Below, piece after piece: positions 7,991 to 17,900 of a stretch of 64,000 nt of DNA. Positions within the stretch are counted from its first letter, which is position 1; the number at the start of each line of letters is the position of its first letter. The notes under the pieces are model-generated. The model ran no database searches. It was not told the origin of the DNA and saw only the letters and a program-made list of their open reading frames with translations. The DNA comes from Chloroflexota bacterium (GTDB lineage: Bacteria; Chloroflexota; Dehalococcoidia; JACQUO01): NCBI GenBank assembly GCA_016210205.1, contig JACQUO010000024.1, positions 29,105 to 93,104 on the forward strand. Direction: 5' to 3'. A program made the translations under genes and the position numbers.

Positions 7991-9328
7991 CTACGGGTTG
8001 TTGTTACCCTCAGGTTCCCTCTCCTCCCGCCTCAGGCCCGTGCCCCCGCTTTGAAAGGCCGGCACCAGGAAAATGGGGGCTATGACCGTGGTAACGATGG
8101 TCATGAGCACCGCCACCCCGAAGAGGTTGTTGCCCACCACTCCCCGGGCCAGGCCAATGCCCGCCACCAGGAGGGCCACCTCGCCCCGGGGGAGCATCCC
8201 CAGGCCAATCCTGGTGGCCCCCCGCAGGTTGAACCCCGCCATAAGGGAAGGCAGCCCACAGCCGAGAACCTTACCGATGATAGCCAGAAGACTGATGACC
8301 GCCCCGAAGAGCAGAGCATCGCCGAGGAGACGGTAGTTCACCAGCATGCCCGTGACCACGAAGAACACCGGCACCAAAAACTCGTAAATGGAGCTGAAAT
8401 CCCTTCTGATAGCAGGAGAGACATCGGTGTTGGCCAGGGCTAGGCCCATGGAGTAGGCCCCAATAATCATGGCCAAGCCCGCGCTCTCCGCCAGGACCGC
8501 CGCCAGAAAGGCCAGGCCCAGGGCCAGGGCCACCCCCGCGCCGGAGACCTTGAAGGAGAGGATAAAGCGCGCCAGCGGCCGGGAGACCAAAATCCCCAGG
8601 CCCGTGAGCGCCACCCAGAAGCCCAGGGCTTTGCCAGCTAAGCCGGCGACGTCTCCGAAAGAGACCCGCCCCTGGTCCACCACGCTGATGACGATGGTGA
8701 GCACCAGGATGCCCAGGACATCGTCGAAGACCGCCGCCCCCAGCACCGTGATGCCCTCCGGCTGGTTCAGCTTGTTGAGGTCCGCCAGGATACGGGCAGT
8801 GATGCCCACAGAGGTGGCAGTCATGATGACCCCCATGAAGAGGGCCGCGGGGTCCGAGGGCGCCTGGGCAAAGCCAAAGAGGACGGTGGCATAGATCCCG
8901 AAGAGGAAGGGGAAGATGACCCCCCCCAGGGCCACAATGGCGGCGGAGGGGCCATAGCGGAAGAACTGCCGGAAATCCGTCTCCAGGCCTACCCGGAAGA
9001 GGAGCACCATGATAGCCAGCTGGGCGATGGCATAGAGCACCTGGGAAATGGGCAGCACCTCGCGCCCACCGGTCCCGAAGAGAGGGAAAAGCGGCCCCAC
9101 GCCAGGGATGGGGATGCTGCCCAGGGCATATGGCCCGATGAGGATGCCCACACCCAGCTCCCCCAGCACCGCCGGCTGGTGGAGATAGCGCTCCAGCAGC
9201 TCTCCGGCTATCTTGGCAGCGATGAGGATGATGGCCAGCTCCAGGGTGAGCCGGACGACAACCCCGGTGATGCTTTGATCCAAGTGGCCCTTCCTTAAGA
9301 AAGATTGAGCCAGGATAATCTTTCCCAT
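7991..9328 (-). CDS. Cation:proton antiporter (CPA2 / Kef-type Na+/H+ exchanger family)
   Basis: Multi-TM protein with IAAKIAGELLERYLHQPAVLGELGVGILIGP, typical of the CPA2 N-terminus. I prefer the start at MGKIIL (9328). The ORF itself is open to 9391. Confidence 0.8.
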   Translation of the reverse strand: MGKIILAQSFLRKGHLDQSITGVVVRLTLELAIILIAAKIAGELLERYLHQPAVLGELGVGILIGPYALGSIPIPGVGPLFPLFGTGGREVLPISQVLYAIAQLAIMVLLFRVGLETDFRQFFRYGPSAAIVALGGVIFPFLFGIYATVLFGFAQAPSDPAALFMGVIMTATSVGITARILADLNKLNQPEGITVLGAAVFDDVLGILVLTIVISVVDQGRVSFGDVAGLAGKALGFWVALTGLGILVSRPLARFILSFKVSGAGVALALGLAFLAAVLAESAGLAMIIGAYSMGLALANTDVSPAIRRDFSSIYEFLVPVFFVVTGMLVNYRLLGDALLFGAVISLLAIIGKVLGCGLPSLMAGFNLRGATRIGLGMLPRGEVALLVAGIGLARGVVGNNLFGVAVLMTIVTTVIAPIFLVPAFQSGGTGLRREEREPEGNNNP

Positions 9329-9420
9329 AATATCCGTTTCGCCCCTTCTGTCAAGGCAAAAGGGGCATCGTCTCGGAGAGACCACGGACACCTGTGCCGT
9401 TACCAGACCAAAAATGGAGC

Positions 9421-9449
9421 TTGACAGGAGGGGCCTTTACCACTAATAT
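9421..9449 (+). promoter_or_regulatory. Sigma-70-like promoter upstream of pyrG
   Basis: TTGACA (9421-9426), a 17-nt spacer, then TAATAT (9444-9449). This implies a leader of about 235 nt before the pyrG ATG. Confidence 0.45.
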
Positions 9450-9684
9450 TTTAAAGGGCAGCCGTCTTCTCCAAACATTGCTTATGCTTCCCCAGTAAAC
9501 CCCTAAAAGGTTGTGCGGTTGGGACATCTAATGGGGCGGTTCCACCGGCCATGATGGACACAAGGCACGGGCCGCTCAGGGCAAACCCTTCCCGGAGAGA
9601 AGGCTCACTCCCCACATCCCCGGCAGCATCCGTCCCGCTATCCCTTAAAAGCGACTTGAACAGCCTGTCACTTTCCAGGAGCTC

Positions 9685-11313
9685 ATGGCCAAGTATATCT
9701 TCGTGACCGGCGGCGTAGTCAGCTCGGTGGGCAAAGGCATTACCGTCGCCTCTCTGGGCCGCATCCTCAAGAGCCGGGGCATCTCCATCTCTCTGCAGAA
9801 GCTTGACCCCTACCTCAATGTGGACCCGGGCACCATGTCCCCCTACCAGCACGGGGAGGTCTTCGTCACCGAGGACGGGGCCGAGACGGACCTGGACCTG
9901 GGCCACTACGAGCGCTTCACCGACACCAATCTGACCTCCGCTTCCAGCGTCACCTCGGGGCAAATATACAGCGCCATCATCACCCAGGAGCGCCGGGGCG
10001 ACTTTTTGGGGGGCACCATCCAGGTGGTTCCCCATGTGACCAACGAGATAAAGGGCCGCATCCAGCTCCTGGCCCAGCAGTCCCGGGCAGAGGTGGTCAT
10101 CGTGGAGGTGGGGGGCACCGTGGGAGACATCGAGGGCCTGCCCTTCCTGGAGGCCATCCGCCAGATGCGCAACGAGGTGGGCCGCGACCATGTCCTCTAT
10201 GTCCACATCACCCTATTGCCCTATATGAGCGCCACGGGGGAGCTCAAGACCAAGCCCACCCAGCACAGCGTCAAGGAGCTCCGGAGCATCGGCATCCAGC
10301 CCGATATCATCCTCTGCCGCAGCGACCACCCGGTGGATGAGGCCATTCGGGCCAAGGTAGCCCTCTTTTGCGATGTGGAGGCCCAGGCCGTCGTCCCCAT
10401 GCCCACCGTCTCCTCCTGCTACGAGGTGCCCCTAATAATGGAAGAGGCCGGGATGGGCAACCTGGTCCTGAAGAAGCTCGGTCTGGGCCCCCCCAGCCAG
10501 GACCTGAACGAATGGCGTGAGCTCGTCCGTCAGATAAAAGAACCCAAGAAGCCGGTACCCATCGCGCTAGTGGGGAAATATGTGGAGCTCAAAGACGCCT
10601 ACCTCTCGGTCAAGGAGGCCTTGTGCCATGCCGGCCTCCACCACCAGCGGGATGTGGATATCCATTGGATTCACTCCGAGGCCCTGGAGGCAGACGGCGG
10701 CCTCTCCGCCCTGGACCGGGTAAGCGGCATCGTGGTGACCGGGGGCTTCGGCGGCCGGGGCATCGAGGGCATGATACGGGCGGCTCGCTACGCCCGCGAG
10801 CACGCCGTGCCCTACTTCGGCCTGTGCCTGGGGATGCAAATCATGGTCATTGAATACGCCCGCTACCTGTTAGGGAACGATGAGGCCCACTCCACCGAAT
10901 TCAATCCCCACACCGCTTACCCCGTCATCGATATCCTGCCCGGACAAAGAGGCATAAAGGATAAAGGGGGCACCATGCGCCTGGGCAGCTACCCCTGCCA
11001 CCTGGTCCCGGGCAGCCGGGCCGCCGCCGCCTACGCGGCCTCCCCCATCACCGAGCGCCACCGCCACCGCTACGAGGTCAACAACAAGTACCGGGAGATG
11101 TTGGAGACAGGCGGGCTGGTGCCCAGCGGCCTCTCCCCCGACGGTCTGCTGGTGGAGATAGCCGAGGTCAAGGGCCACTCCTGGATGCTGGGCACCCAGT
11201 TCCACCCGGAATTCACCTCTCGCCCCAACCGCCCCCACCCCCTGTTCCGGGACTTCATGGGAGCCGCCAGCCAGGTCATTCGTGAAGGGGGGCAGCCCAG
11301 CCTGCCCATATAA
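9685..11313 (+). CDS. pyrG: CTP synthase
   Basis: MAKYIFVTGGVVSSVGKGI N-terminus and a C-terminal GATase domain (GLCLGMQ, THFHPEF-like TQFHPEF). Confidence 0.97.
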   Translation: MAKYIFVTGGVVSSVGKGITVASLGRILKSRGISISLQKLDPYLNVDPGTMSPYQHGEVFVTEDGAETDLDLGHYERFTDTNLTSASSVTSGQIYSAIITQERRGDFLGGTIQVVPHVTNEIKGRIQLLAQQSRAEVVIVEVGGTVGDIEGLPFLEAIRQMRNEVGRDHVLYVHITLLPYMSATGELKTKPTQHSVKELRSIGIQPDIILCRSDHPVDEAIRAKVALFCDVEAQAVVPMPTVSSCYEVPLIMEEAGMGNLVLKKLGLGPPSQDLNEWRELVRQIKEPKKPVPIALVGKYVELKDAYLSVKEALCHAGLHHQRDVDIHWIHSEALEADGGLSALDRVSGIVVTGGFGGRGIEGMIRAARYAREHAVPYFGLCLGMQIMVIEYARYLLGNDEAHSTEFNPHTAYPVIDILPGQRGIKDKGGTMRLGSYPCHLVPGSRAAAAYAASPITERHRHRYEVNNKYREMLETGGLVPSGLSPDGLLVEIAEVKGHSWMLGTQFHPEFTSRPNRPHPLFRDFMGAASQVIREGGQPSLPI

Positions 11314-11327
11314 TAGTGGAGGAGAGA

Positions 11328-12092
11328 ATGGACTTCGAGGACATCATCTACGAGAAAAAGGACGGACTGGCCTGGATAACCATCAACCGCCCCAAAGTCG
11401 CCAACGCCTGCCGCGGCAAAACCTGGGATGAGTTGACCCGGGCCCTCATGGACGCTGGGGGGGACCGCGCCCTCTCGGCCATCATCATCACCGGAGCCGG
11501 GGAGCGCCACTTCTGCGCCGGGGACGACCAGCGAGAGGGCCGCACCGCCTTCCAGTACGGCATGGGCAATGTCCAACAGCTCCTGCGCACCCTCCCCCAC
11601 CCCGTCATCGCCGCCGTCAACGGCTATGCCGTCGGGGCGGGTAGCTGGATGCACTACTTCTGCGACTTCACCATCGCCGCCGAGCATGCCATCTTCGGCC
11701 AGAACGGCGCCCGGGTGGGCAGCGGCGTGGGTGGACACGTGGTGACCTACCTGGCCCAAATCATCGGCCAGAAGCGGGCTCGGGAGATGTGGATGTTCTG
11801 CCGCCGCTACACCGCCCAGGAGGCCCTATCGTGGGGATTGGTGAACAAGGTTGTGCCCCTCTCTCAGCTCCATGCCGAAGCCGAGGCCTGGGGCAAGGAG
11901 CTACAGAGCCTCTCCCCCACCTGCATCAAAATCCTGAGATACTCCTTCAACCAGGCGGCAGAGGTAGCGTCAGGCCTCACCAGCCCCTCCGTGCTCATCG
12001 CCCCGGACTTCCACTCCAGCGAGGAGTCCCAAGAGGGACGGAACGCCTTCAGGGAAGGGCGACAGCCAAACTTCGCCCGCTTCCGCCGCTAG
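11328..12092 (+). CDS. Crotonase-fold enzyme of the MenB/BadI family
   Basis: MDFEDIIYEKKDGLAWITINRPKVANA..ITGAGERHFCAGDDQ...GRQPNFARFRR parallels MenB, which ends KRKPDF..FPRFP. The ATG at 11328 has a GGAGGAG Shine-Dalgarno. The ORF track starts at GTG 11316. Confidence 0.7.
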   Translation: MDFEDIIYEKKDGLAWITINRPKVANACRGKTWDELTRALMDAGGDRALSAIIITGAGERHFCAGDDQREGRTAFQYGMGNVQQLLRTLPHPVIAAVNGYAVGAGSWMHYFCDFTIAAEHAIFGQNGARVGSGVGGHVVTYLAQIIGQKRAREMWMFCRRYTAQEALSWGLVNKVVPLSQLHAEAEAWGKELQSLSPTCIKILRYSFNQAAEVASGLTSPSVLIAPDFHSSEESQEGRNAFREGRQPNFARFRR

Positions 12093-12151
12093 GCCCTGCC
12101 ACTTCGTTGGACAAAACCCGGCGAATATGCTACATTCCGGATTGAGGTGCC

Positions 12152-12802
12152 ATGCGCATCTTCCTGGACACCGCCAATATCGATGAAATCCGCCAAGCCG
12201 TAAGGCTGGGAGTCATCAGCGGCGTCACCACCAACCCCTCCCTGGTCGCCAAGGAAAAGCATACTAACTACAAGTCGGCCATCCAGGAGATTTGCCGCCT
12301 CGTCCCCGGGCCGGTCTCGGTGGAGGTCATGGGGCAAGAGGCCAAGGCCATGGTGAGCGAGGCCCGGGAGCTGTCCACCTGGCACCCCCAGGTGGTGGTG
12401 AAAATCCCGGCCTCCCCCCAGGGCCTGGAGGCCATCTCCATCATCAGCAAAGAGGGGATTAAGGCCAACTTCACCCTCTGCTTCTCCCTGAACCAGGCCA
12501 TCCTGGGGAGCCTGGCCGGAGCCACCTATGTCAGCCCCTTCGTGGGCCGGCTGGACGACGCCGGGCATGACGGCATGGAGCTGGTGGCCGAGATTGTGGC
12601 CGCCTACCAGCGCTACCGCATAGCCACCCAGGTCATCGCGGCCAGCATCCGGCATCCCCAGCACTGCCTGGAGGCCGCGCGGGTGGGCGCCCCCATCGCC
12701 ACCGTGCCTTACAAGGTGCTGCTGCAGATGATAGGCCATCCCTTGACGGACGCCGGCATCGCCCGCTTTATCCAGGACTGGCGTCAGGCCCAAGAAAAAT
12801 AG
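12152..12802 (+). CDS. tal: Transaldolase (short type 3B / fructose-6-phosphate aldolase family)
   Basis: MRIFLDTANIDEIRQAVRLGVISGVTTNPSL and FVGRLDD motifs, at 216 aa. Confidence 0.92.
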   Translation: MRIFLDTANIDEIRQAVRLGVISGVTTNPSLVAKEKHTNYKSAIQEICRLVPGPVSVEVMGQEAKAMVSEARELSTWHPQVVVKIPASPQGLEAISIISKEGIKANFTLCFSLNQAILGSLAGATYVSPFVGRLDDAGHDGMELVAEIVAAYQRYRIATQVIAASIRHPQHCLEAARVGAPIATVPYKVLLQMIGHPLTDAGIARFIQDWRQAQEK

Positions 12803-12897
12803 CCCGGCCGGCCTTTCCCGGCACCTTGCTTCCCCGAGCCTGCGGGGCCGAGACACCCTCATACCATACCTTTAAGGAGTGCAGAGAAGAGCCATCC

Positions 12898-14172
12898 ATG
12901 GAAACCCTAGTCAACCTCGCCGGACTGGAATCCAAGACCCGCCCGGAGCTCCTGGAGCTGGCCAAGAACATGGGCCTGGGCGGGGTGACGGGCCTTAAGA
13001 AGGAAGAGCTGGTGATGCAAATCCTCCAGGCCCACGCCGAACAGCAGGGCAACCTCCTGCGCACCGGAGTCCTGGAGGCCCTGGGGGATGGCTACGGCTT
13101 CCTGCGCCAGGACAGCCTCCTCCCCACCGCCAACGATGTCTATGTCTCCCAGTCCCAAATCCGGCGCTTCGCCCTGCGCACCGGGGACACCGTCACCGGC
13201 CAGGTGCGCCCCCCCAAAGACAACGAGAAATACTACGGACTGCTCCGAGTGGAGGCCATCAACGGCCTGGACCCCGAGACCGCCAAGGGACGGCCCCACT
13301 TTGATGACCTGACCCCCATCTTCCCCAACAAGCACATCAAGCTAGAGACCGTCCCCAACAACCTCTCCACCCGCCTGCTGGACCTCATCGCCCCCATCGG
13401 GCGGGGCCAGCGGGGGCTCATCGTCTCGCCCCCCAAGGCGGGCAAGACCATCCTCCTCAAACAAATCGCCAACGGCACCACCGCCAACTATAAGGACATC
13501 CATGTCATGGTCTGCCTCATCGGGGAGCGCCCCGAGGAGGTCACGGACATGAAGCGCTCGGTGAAGGGGGAGGTCATCTCCTCCACCTTCGACGAGCCCG
13601 TGGAGGCCCACACCCGGGTGGCGGAGCTGGCCCTAGAGCGGGCCAAACGCCTGGTGGAAGGCGGCCTGGATGTCTTCATCCTCCTGGACAGCATCACCCG
13701 GCTCACCCGAGCCTACAACCTGTCCCTGCCGCCTTCCGGCCGCACCCTCTCCGGGGGCATCGACCCCGCGGCCCTCTACCCCCCCAAGCGCTTCTTCGGC
13801 GCCGCCCGCAATGTGGAGGAGGGGGGCAGCCTCACCGTCATCGCCACCTGCCTCATCGACACCGGCAGCCGCATGGACGAGGTCATCTACGAGGAGTTCA
13901 AGGGCACCGGCAACCTGGAGCTCCACCTGGAGCGACGGCTGGCAGAGCGCCGCATCTTCCCCGCCATGGACATCGCCCGCAGCGGCACCCGCCGGGAGGA
14001 GCTCCTCCTGGACGAGACTGCCCTCAAACAGGTCTGGCTCCTGCGGCGCATGGCCTCCATGATTAACTCCAACTCCCCCAACCCCACCGAAGCCACGGAA
14101 CGCATCCTGGAGCGATTGGCCAAGACCTCCACCAACGCCGAGTTCCTGGCCACCCTGAACCGGGAAGTCTAG
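12898..14172 (+). CDS. rho: Transcription termination factor Rho
   Basis: [19 protein letters not shown]-terminal domain, an RNA-binding domain ([12 protein letters not shown]), and Walker A (PPKAGKT). I prefer the start at METLVN. The ORF is open from 12826. Confidence 0.95.
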   Translation: METLVNLAGLESKTRPELLELAKNMGLGGVTGLKKEELVMQILQAHAEQQGNLLRTGVLEALGDGYGFLRQDSLLPTANDVYVSQSQIRRFALRTGDTVTGQVRPPKDNEKYYGLLRVEAINGLDPETAKGRPHFDDLTPIFPNKHIKLETVPNNLSTRLLDLIAPIGRGQRGLIVSPPKAGKTILLKQIANGTTANYKDIHVMVCLIGERPEEVTDMKRSVKGEVISSTFDEPVEAHTRVAELALERAKRLVEGGLDVFILLDSITRLTRAYNLSLPPSGRTLSGGIDPAALYPPKRFFGAARNVEEGGSLTVIATCLIDTGSRMDEVIYEEFKGTGNLELHLERRLAERRIFPAMDIARSGTRREELLLDETALKQVWLLRRMASMINSNSPNPTEATERILERLAKTSTNAEFLATLNREV

Positions 14173-14235
14173 CCCTCGCGCCCCCCAGCCCAGAGCCACC
14201 CCAGCCCCCGCAGGGGAAATACCCCCCCAGAGGTA

Positions 14236-14264
14236 TTGACTTTAGGGGCCAATCCCTGTATAAG
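14236..14264 (+). promoter_or_regulatory. Sigma-70-like promoter in the rho-downstream spacer
   Basis: TTGACT (14236-14241), a 17-nt spacer, then TATAAG (14259-14264). Confidence 0.4.
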
Positions 14265-14270
14265 AGAGGG

Positions 14271-14547
14271 AAAGGTTTTCCGGCCTGGCTCGGCTGCCAG
14301 CTTCCGACCCGGGGAGGGCTATCTCGGACCTCCCGAGGGAACGACCCCACAGCCCAGGCCAAGCCCGCTTCAGGCCCAGCCGGAGGCGAGGGGTGCTATG
14401 CCTCGGGGACAGTCCCCGGGGTCGCCAGCGGCAACAGCCAGCGCAGCGGGACTTCCGGCGAGAAAGGACCAGGACAGTTTGCTATCCTCAGGGGACAGAG
14501 CGAACTCACCCCCAAGCCGCCTGCGCGGGCGCTGGCGGCGTTTCTTT
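14271..14547 (+). ncRNA. Candidate structured non-coding RNA of unknown class
   Basis: The unit is bounded by the promoter above and a GC hairpin plus T-tract terminator. It is GC-rich with several local hairpins, for example GGGAGG..CCTCCC and GGGGAC.GTCCCC. The only ORF here (14236..14577) starts inside the promoter and has out-of-frame-like composition. Confidence 0.3.
14516..14547 (+). terminator. Intrinsic terminator
   Basis: GCCGCCTGCGC (14516-14526) pairs with GCGCTGGCGGC (14529-14539) with one mismatch. GTTTCTTT follows. Confidence 0.55.
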
Positions 14548-14683
14548 GGCTCAGTCCCGCTTATATTCAGTCCGTAAAACTCATGGACTGCGATACTATA
14601 AAGGTGCTTGACAGTCCGTGATAAAATGCAATAAGGACTAGAGACTTTAGACAGGGGCGTCAGCTTTCCTCAGGGGTTCGGCC

Positions 14684-14712
14684 TTGACAAAGTTGATGAG
14701 AAATGTTAGAAA
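14684..14712 (+). promoter_or_regulatory. Candidate promoter for the 1067-aa surface protein gene
   Basis: TTGACA (14684-14689), a 17-nt spacer, then TAGAAA (14707-14712). A second TTGACA at 14608-14613 overlaps a CAGTCC repeat. Confidence 0.3.
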
Positions 14713-14983
14713 GTGGCGTTGATTGCTAAGGCGGAGGGAGGAGCGGGCATGAGATGAAAGTGGCCCCGCGCCGCAGCAGTCCCCTTTGTCATATCATGGG
14801 CAGCCCCGGAGGCCAAGGGCCTCCATACATAAGATACGAACGCAAAAGTCCAAATGCAGGAGGGCAGGTATTGAGGAGAAAGCGAGTTCACCCTTGAGGC
14901 CCCTCGTTCCGGAGTCCAACGAAAGGGGAGCCCAAGGTAGCATAAGGGATATCCCCAGGGAACAAAGTAAGGAGAGTCTATAG

Positions 14984-17900
14984 ATGAAAAGCAAGGTAGC
15001 GAGTTTCTTTAGGGTCCTGGCCACGCTGGCCATCGGCGCCAGCCTGGTCCCCGCCCTGGTGCGCCCGGCCCCCGCGGTCGCCGGCAACCAGGCCTGGACC
15101 GACATCAGCGACCCCACCCGGCTGAACTTGGGCGCCATCAAGGCCATTGCCTTCGCCCCGGATGGGCTCACCGGCTTCGCCTTCACCACCATCGGCACCA
15201 GCGGCTCCTCCGACTCCACCCTCATCAAGACCACCAACGGCGGAGTCTCCTGGAGCGCCGTGGGCCTCTTCGACGCCGCGGGCAGCGGCCAGGCCGTCCC
15301 CCAGGCCAACTTACCTTCCGGCCTTAAAGTCCAGCTCACTGGCGCGGCCGTGGGCGGCGGCATTGGCGGCGCTAACGCCAAGACCATCATCAGGGTCTCC
15401 ACGAAATACGCCACCGACGCCACCGTCGTCGTGGCCGTGGCTGGCGATGACAACACCACCGGCGCCGCGGACATTGTGAACCAGGTCTTCTGGTCCAAGG
15501 ACGGCGGCGCCACCTTCACCCAGGTGGGCGGCGACATCGCCGCGGGCACCGCCCAGCTTATCACCGACATGGCCATGTCCGACCAGTTCAACGGCTCCTC
15601 CTTCGTCAAGGACACCGTCATCGTCGTCACGGCCGTGGCCGCCAACGACACCCGGGGCAACCTCTTCCGCCTCCGAGGCAGCGCCTCTTCCCCCTCTTGG
15701 TCCGTCTGGGGACCCCCGGTTGAAGGCGACTACTACGCCATAAAGTTCTTCCCCGGCTCCGCCGAAGAGGTCATGGTCATCGCTGCCGCCGATACCGACG
15801 GTGGCGGAGGCGTCGGCGATGGGCCAGCGGCTGACGCTGCCACCATCTACGAATACCGCCTCAACATCGCCGAGACCACGGCCAACGACAACCTCAACGA
15901 CATCTCGGTCACCGCCGGGTCGGCCACCCCCTCCCGGACCGGTTTCTTCACCACCGCCGATGCCGCCAACGCCGTCGCCCAGTCCGCGACCGCCGGCACC
16001 GAGCTCAACATCATCGCCGCCATCGCCCTCCCCGACAACTGGTCTCAGAGCACCTCCTCTGACCGGGAGGTCATCACCATAGACCTGGATGTAGGGGCCA
16101 TTGGCGGCGCCAGCCGGGGCACCATCGCCGCCGCTGCCGCCGAGGGCCTGGTGGCCCGGCGCGGCACTGGCGCGGGCGCCTTAATCGCCACCCTCACCGT
16201 TCTGGGCAACACCCAGGGCGCGGCTGAGGACGGCTACACCAGCCTGGCCATGTCCGGCAATGCCACCACCGGCTTCGCCCTGGCGGGCACCGATGATGGC
16301 GGGGTGCTACGCTCCACTAACGGCGGCCAGACCTGGTCCACGGTAGCCAAGGGCATCACCGACGATGTGGACGGCACCGCCGGCCTAACCACCGTAGCTG
16401 TGGTATCCAGCAGCGGCTTCATGGGCAACGGCGGCCTCCGCGGTGGCGTCTGGTACTCCACCAACAAAGGCTCCGGCTGGAAGAGCGGCGGCGCCTACTC
16501 TGACGACCTGGATGACGAATACCGCTCCATCGCCCGCACCTCCGACGGCACCTGGTTCCTGGTGGGCATGGACAACGTCAGCGGCGTGACCTCCGTCTTC
16601 AAGGCCACCAGCACCAAGGCCTTCTACCGCGTCAACCGCCACGCCAGCACTCTCTTCGCGCGGCCCGCCCCCGACTTCGCCACCAGCCAGACCGTCTATG
16701 TGGGCGTAGGCGCTGGCGCGATAACGGGGCAGGTCCTCAAGTCCACCGACGGCGGCGAGACCTTCGCCACCACGCAAACGGACCCCGACCAGGTGGGCAC
16801 CACGGATAAGAACCTGTCCCTGGGCACCGCGGGCGTCCTGGGCGGCGACCTGGTGGTCCTGGACAAGGACACCGTCATTGTCGCCTTCACCACCGGCCTG
16901 GTGGCCCTATCCACCGATGGCGGCGCTACCTGGACGCACTCCACCAGCAACCCCAGCGCCGCCTTCACTAGGATTCGGGTGTCCCCCGATGGCACCAAGC
17001 TGCTGGGCATCACCACCACCCGCGTGGTTTACTACTCCAGCAATAAGGGCATCACCTGGTCCCAGATAGGCGCGACCGTGGGCGCCGCCGGCACCGGACG
17101 GGATGTGGCCTTCGACCCCGGCTTCGACAGCAACAGCTACATCTACGCCGCCGTCAACGGCAGCGCCAACGCGGTCTGGCGGATTAACTCCAAAACCGCC
17201 ACCACCACCACCGCCTGGGACGGCCTCACCGCCGACATCAACCCGGGCATCGCCGGCGCTGTCGGCCAGACCGACGGCTATATCCTGGGCTTCGACTCCA
17301 CCGGCACCCTGTGGGTAGCCTCCTTCGCCGACGCCGACGCTGACGGCGCCTACGACGCTGGTGAAGCCTCCTTCGTAGCCAGCACCTTCGACCCCAAGGA
17401 AGCCGCGGTTACCTGGCGCACCGTGCCCACGGGCAACGTCGCCGGCGCCTTCGGCGCGGGCAACGACACCGCCGCCGTCGGCACCCTTGTCGCAGTGCGC
17501 GACATGATAATCTACGGCAACCCCCCCACCATCGTGGTCATCAGCGATGAGGGCGGCAACAACGACATGAACAGCATCACGGACACCTCGGCGGCCCCGG
17601 TGCAGACCAGCCCGGCCAACAAGTCCACCGGCCAACCCCGGGCCCTGGCCCTGCAGTGGAACGCTGTCCCCGATGCCACCATCTACGACGCTCGCATCGG
17701 CCTCACCGCCGACCCACAGCTCACGGGCGCCGGCGCCTACACCGGCACCGACCAGTTGGGGGTGGAGACCACCAGCCAGTACGCCGGCGACGGCATGATT
17801 GTGGGCGGCACCTTCAACTGGAAGGTGCGCGAGGCCGCGCCCCTCACCAGCCGCTGGTCGCCCGTATGGAGCTTCACCGTGGGCACGCCGACCGTAACCA

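Noticed and set aside
14271-14547. Possible identity as RNase P RNA, SRP RNA, tmRNA, 6S RNA or a cobalamin riboswitch
   Set aside because: By eye I found no GAGGAAAGUCCGGGC core, no GGUCCGGAAGGAAGCAGCC SRP domain IV motif on either strand, no tRNA-like tmRNA end and no B12 box. No long 5'/3' closing helix of the 6S type was visible. I cannot exclude divergent members without covariance-model scans.
14236-14577. 113-aa ORF in the rho-downstream spacer
   Set aside because: It starts inside the predicted -35/-10 region, has no Shine-Dalgarno, and is Pro/Ser/Arg/Gly-rich without hydrophobic structure. I treated the interval as a candidate RNA instead.
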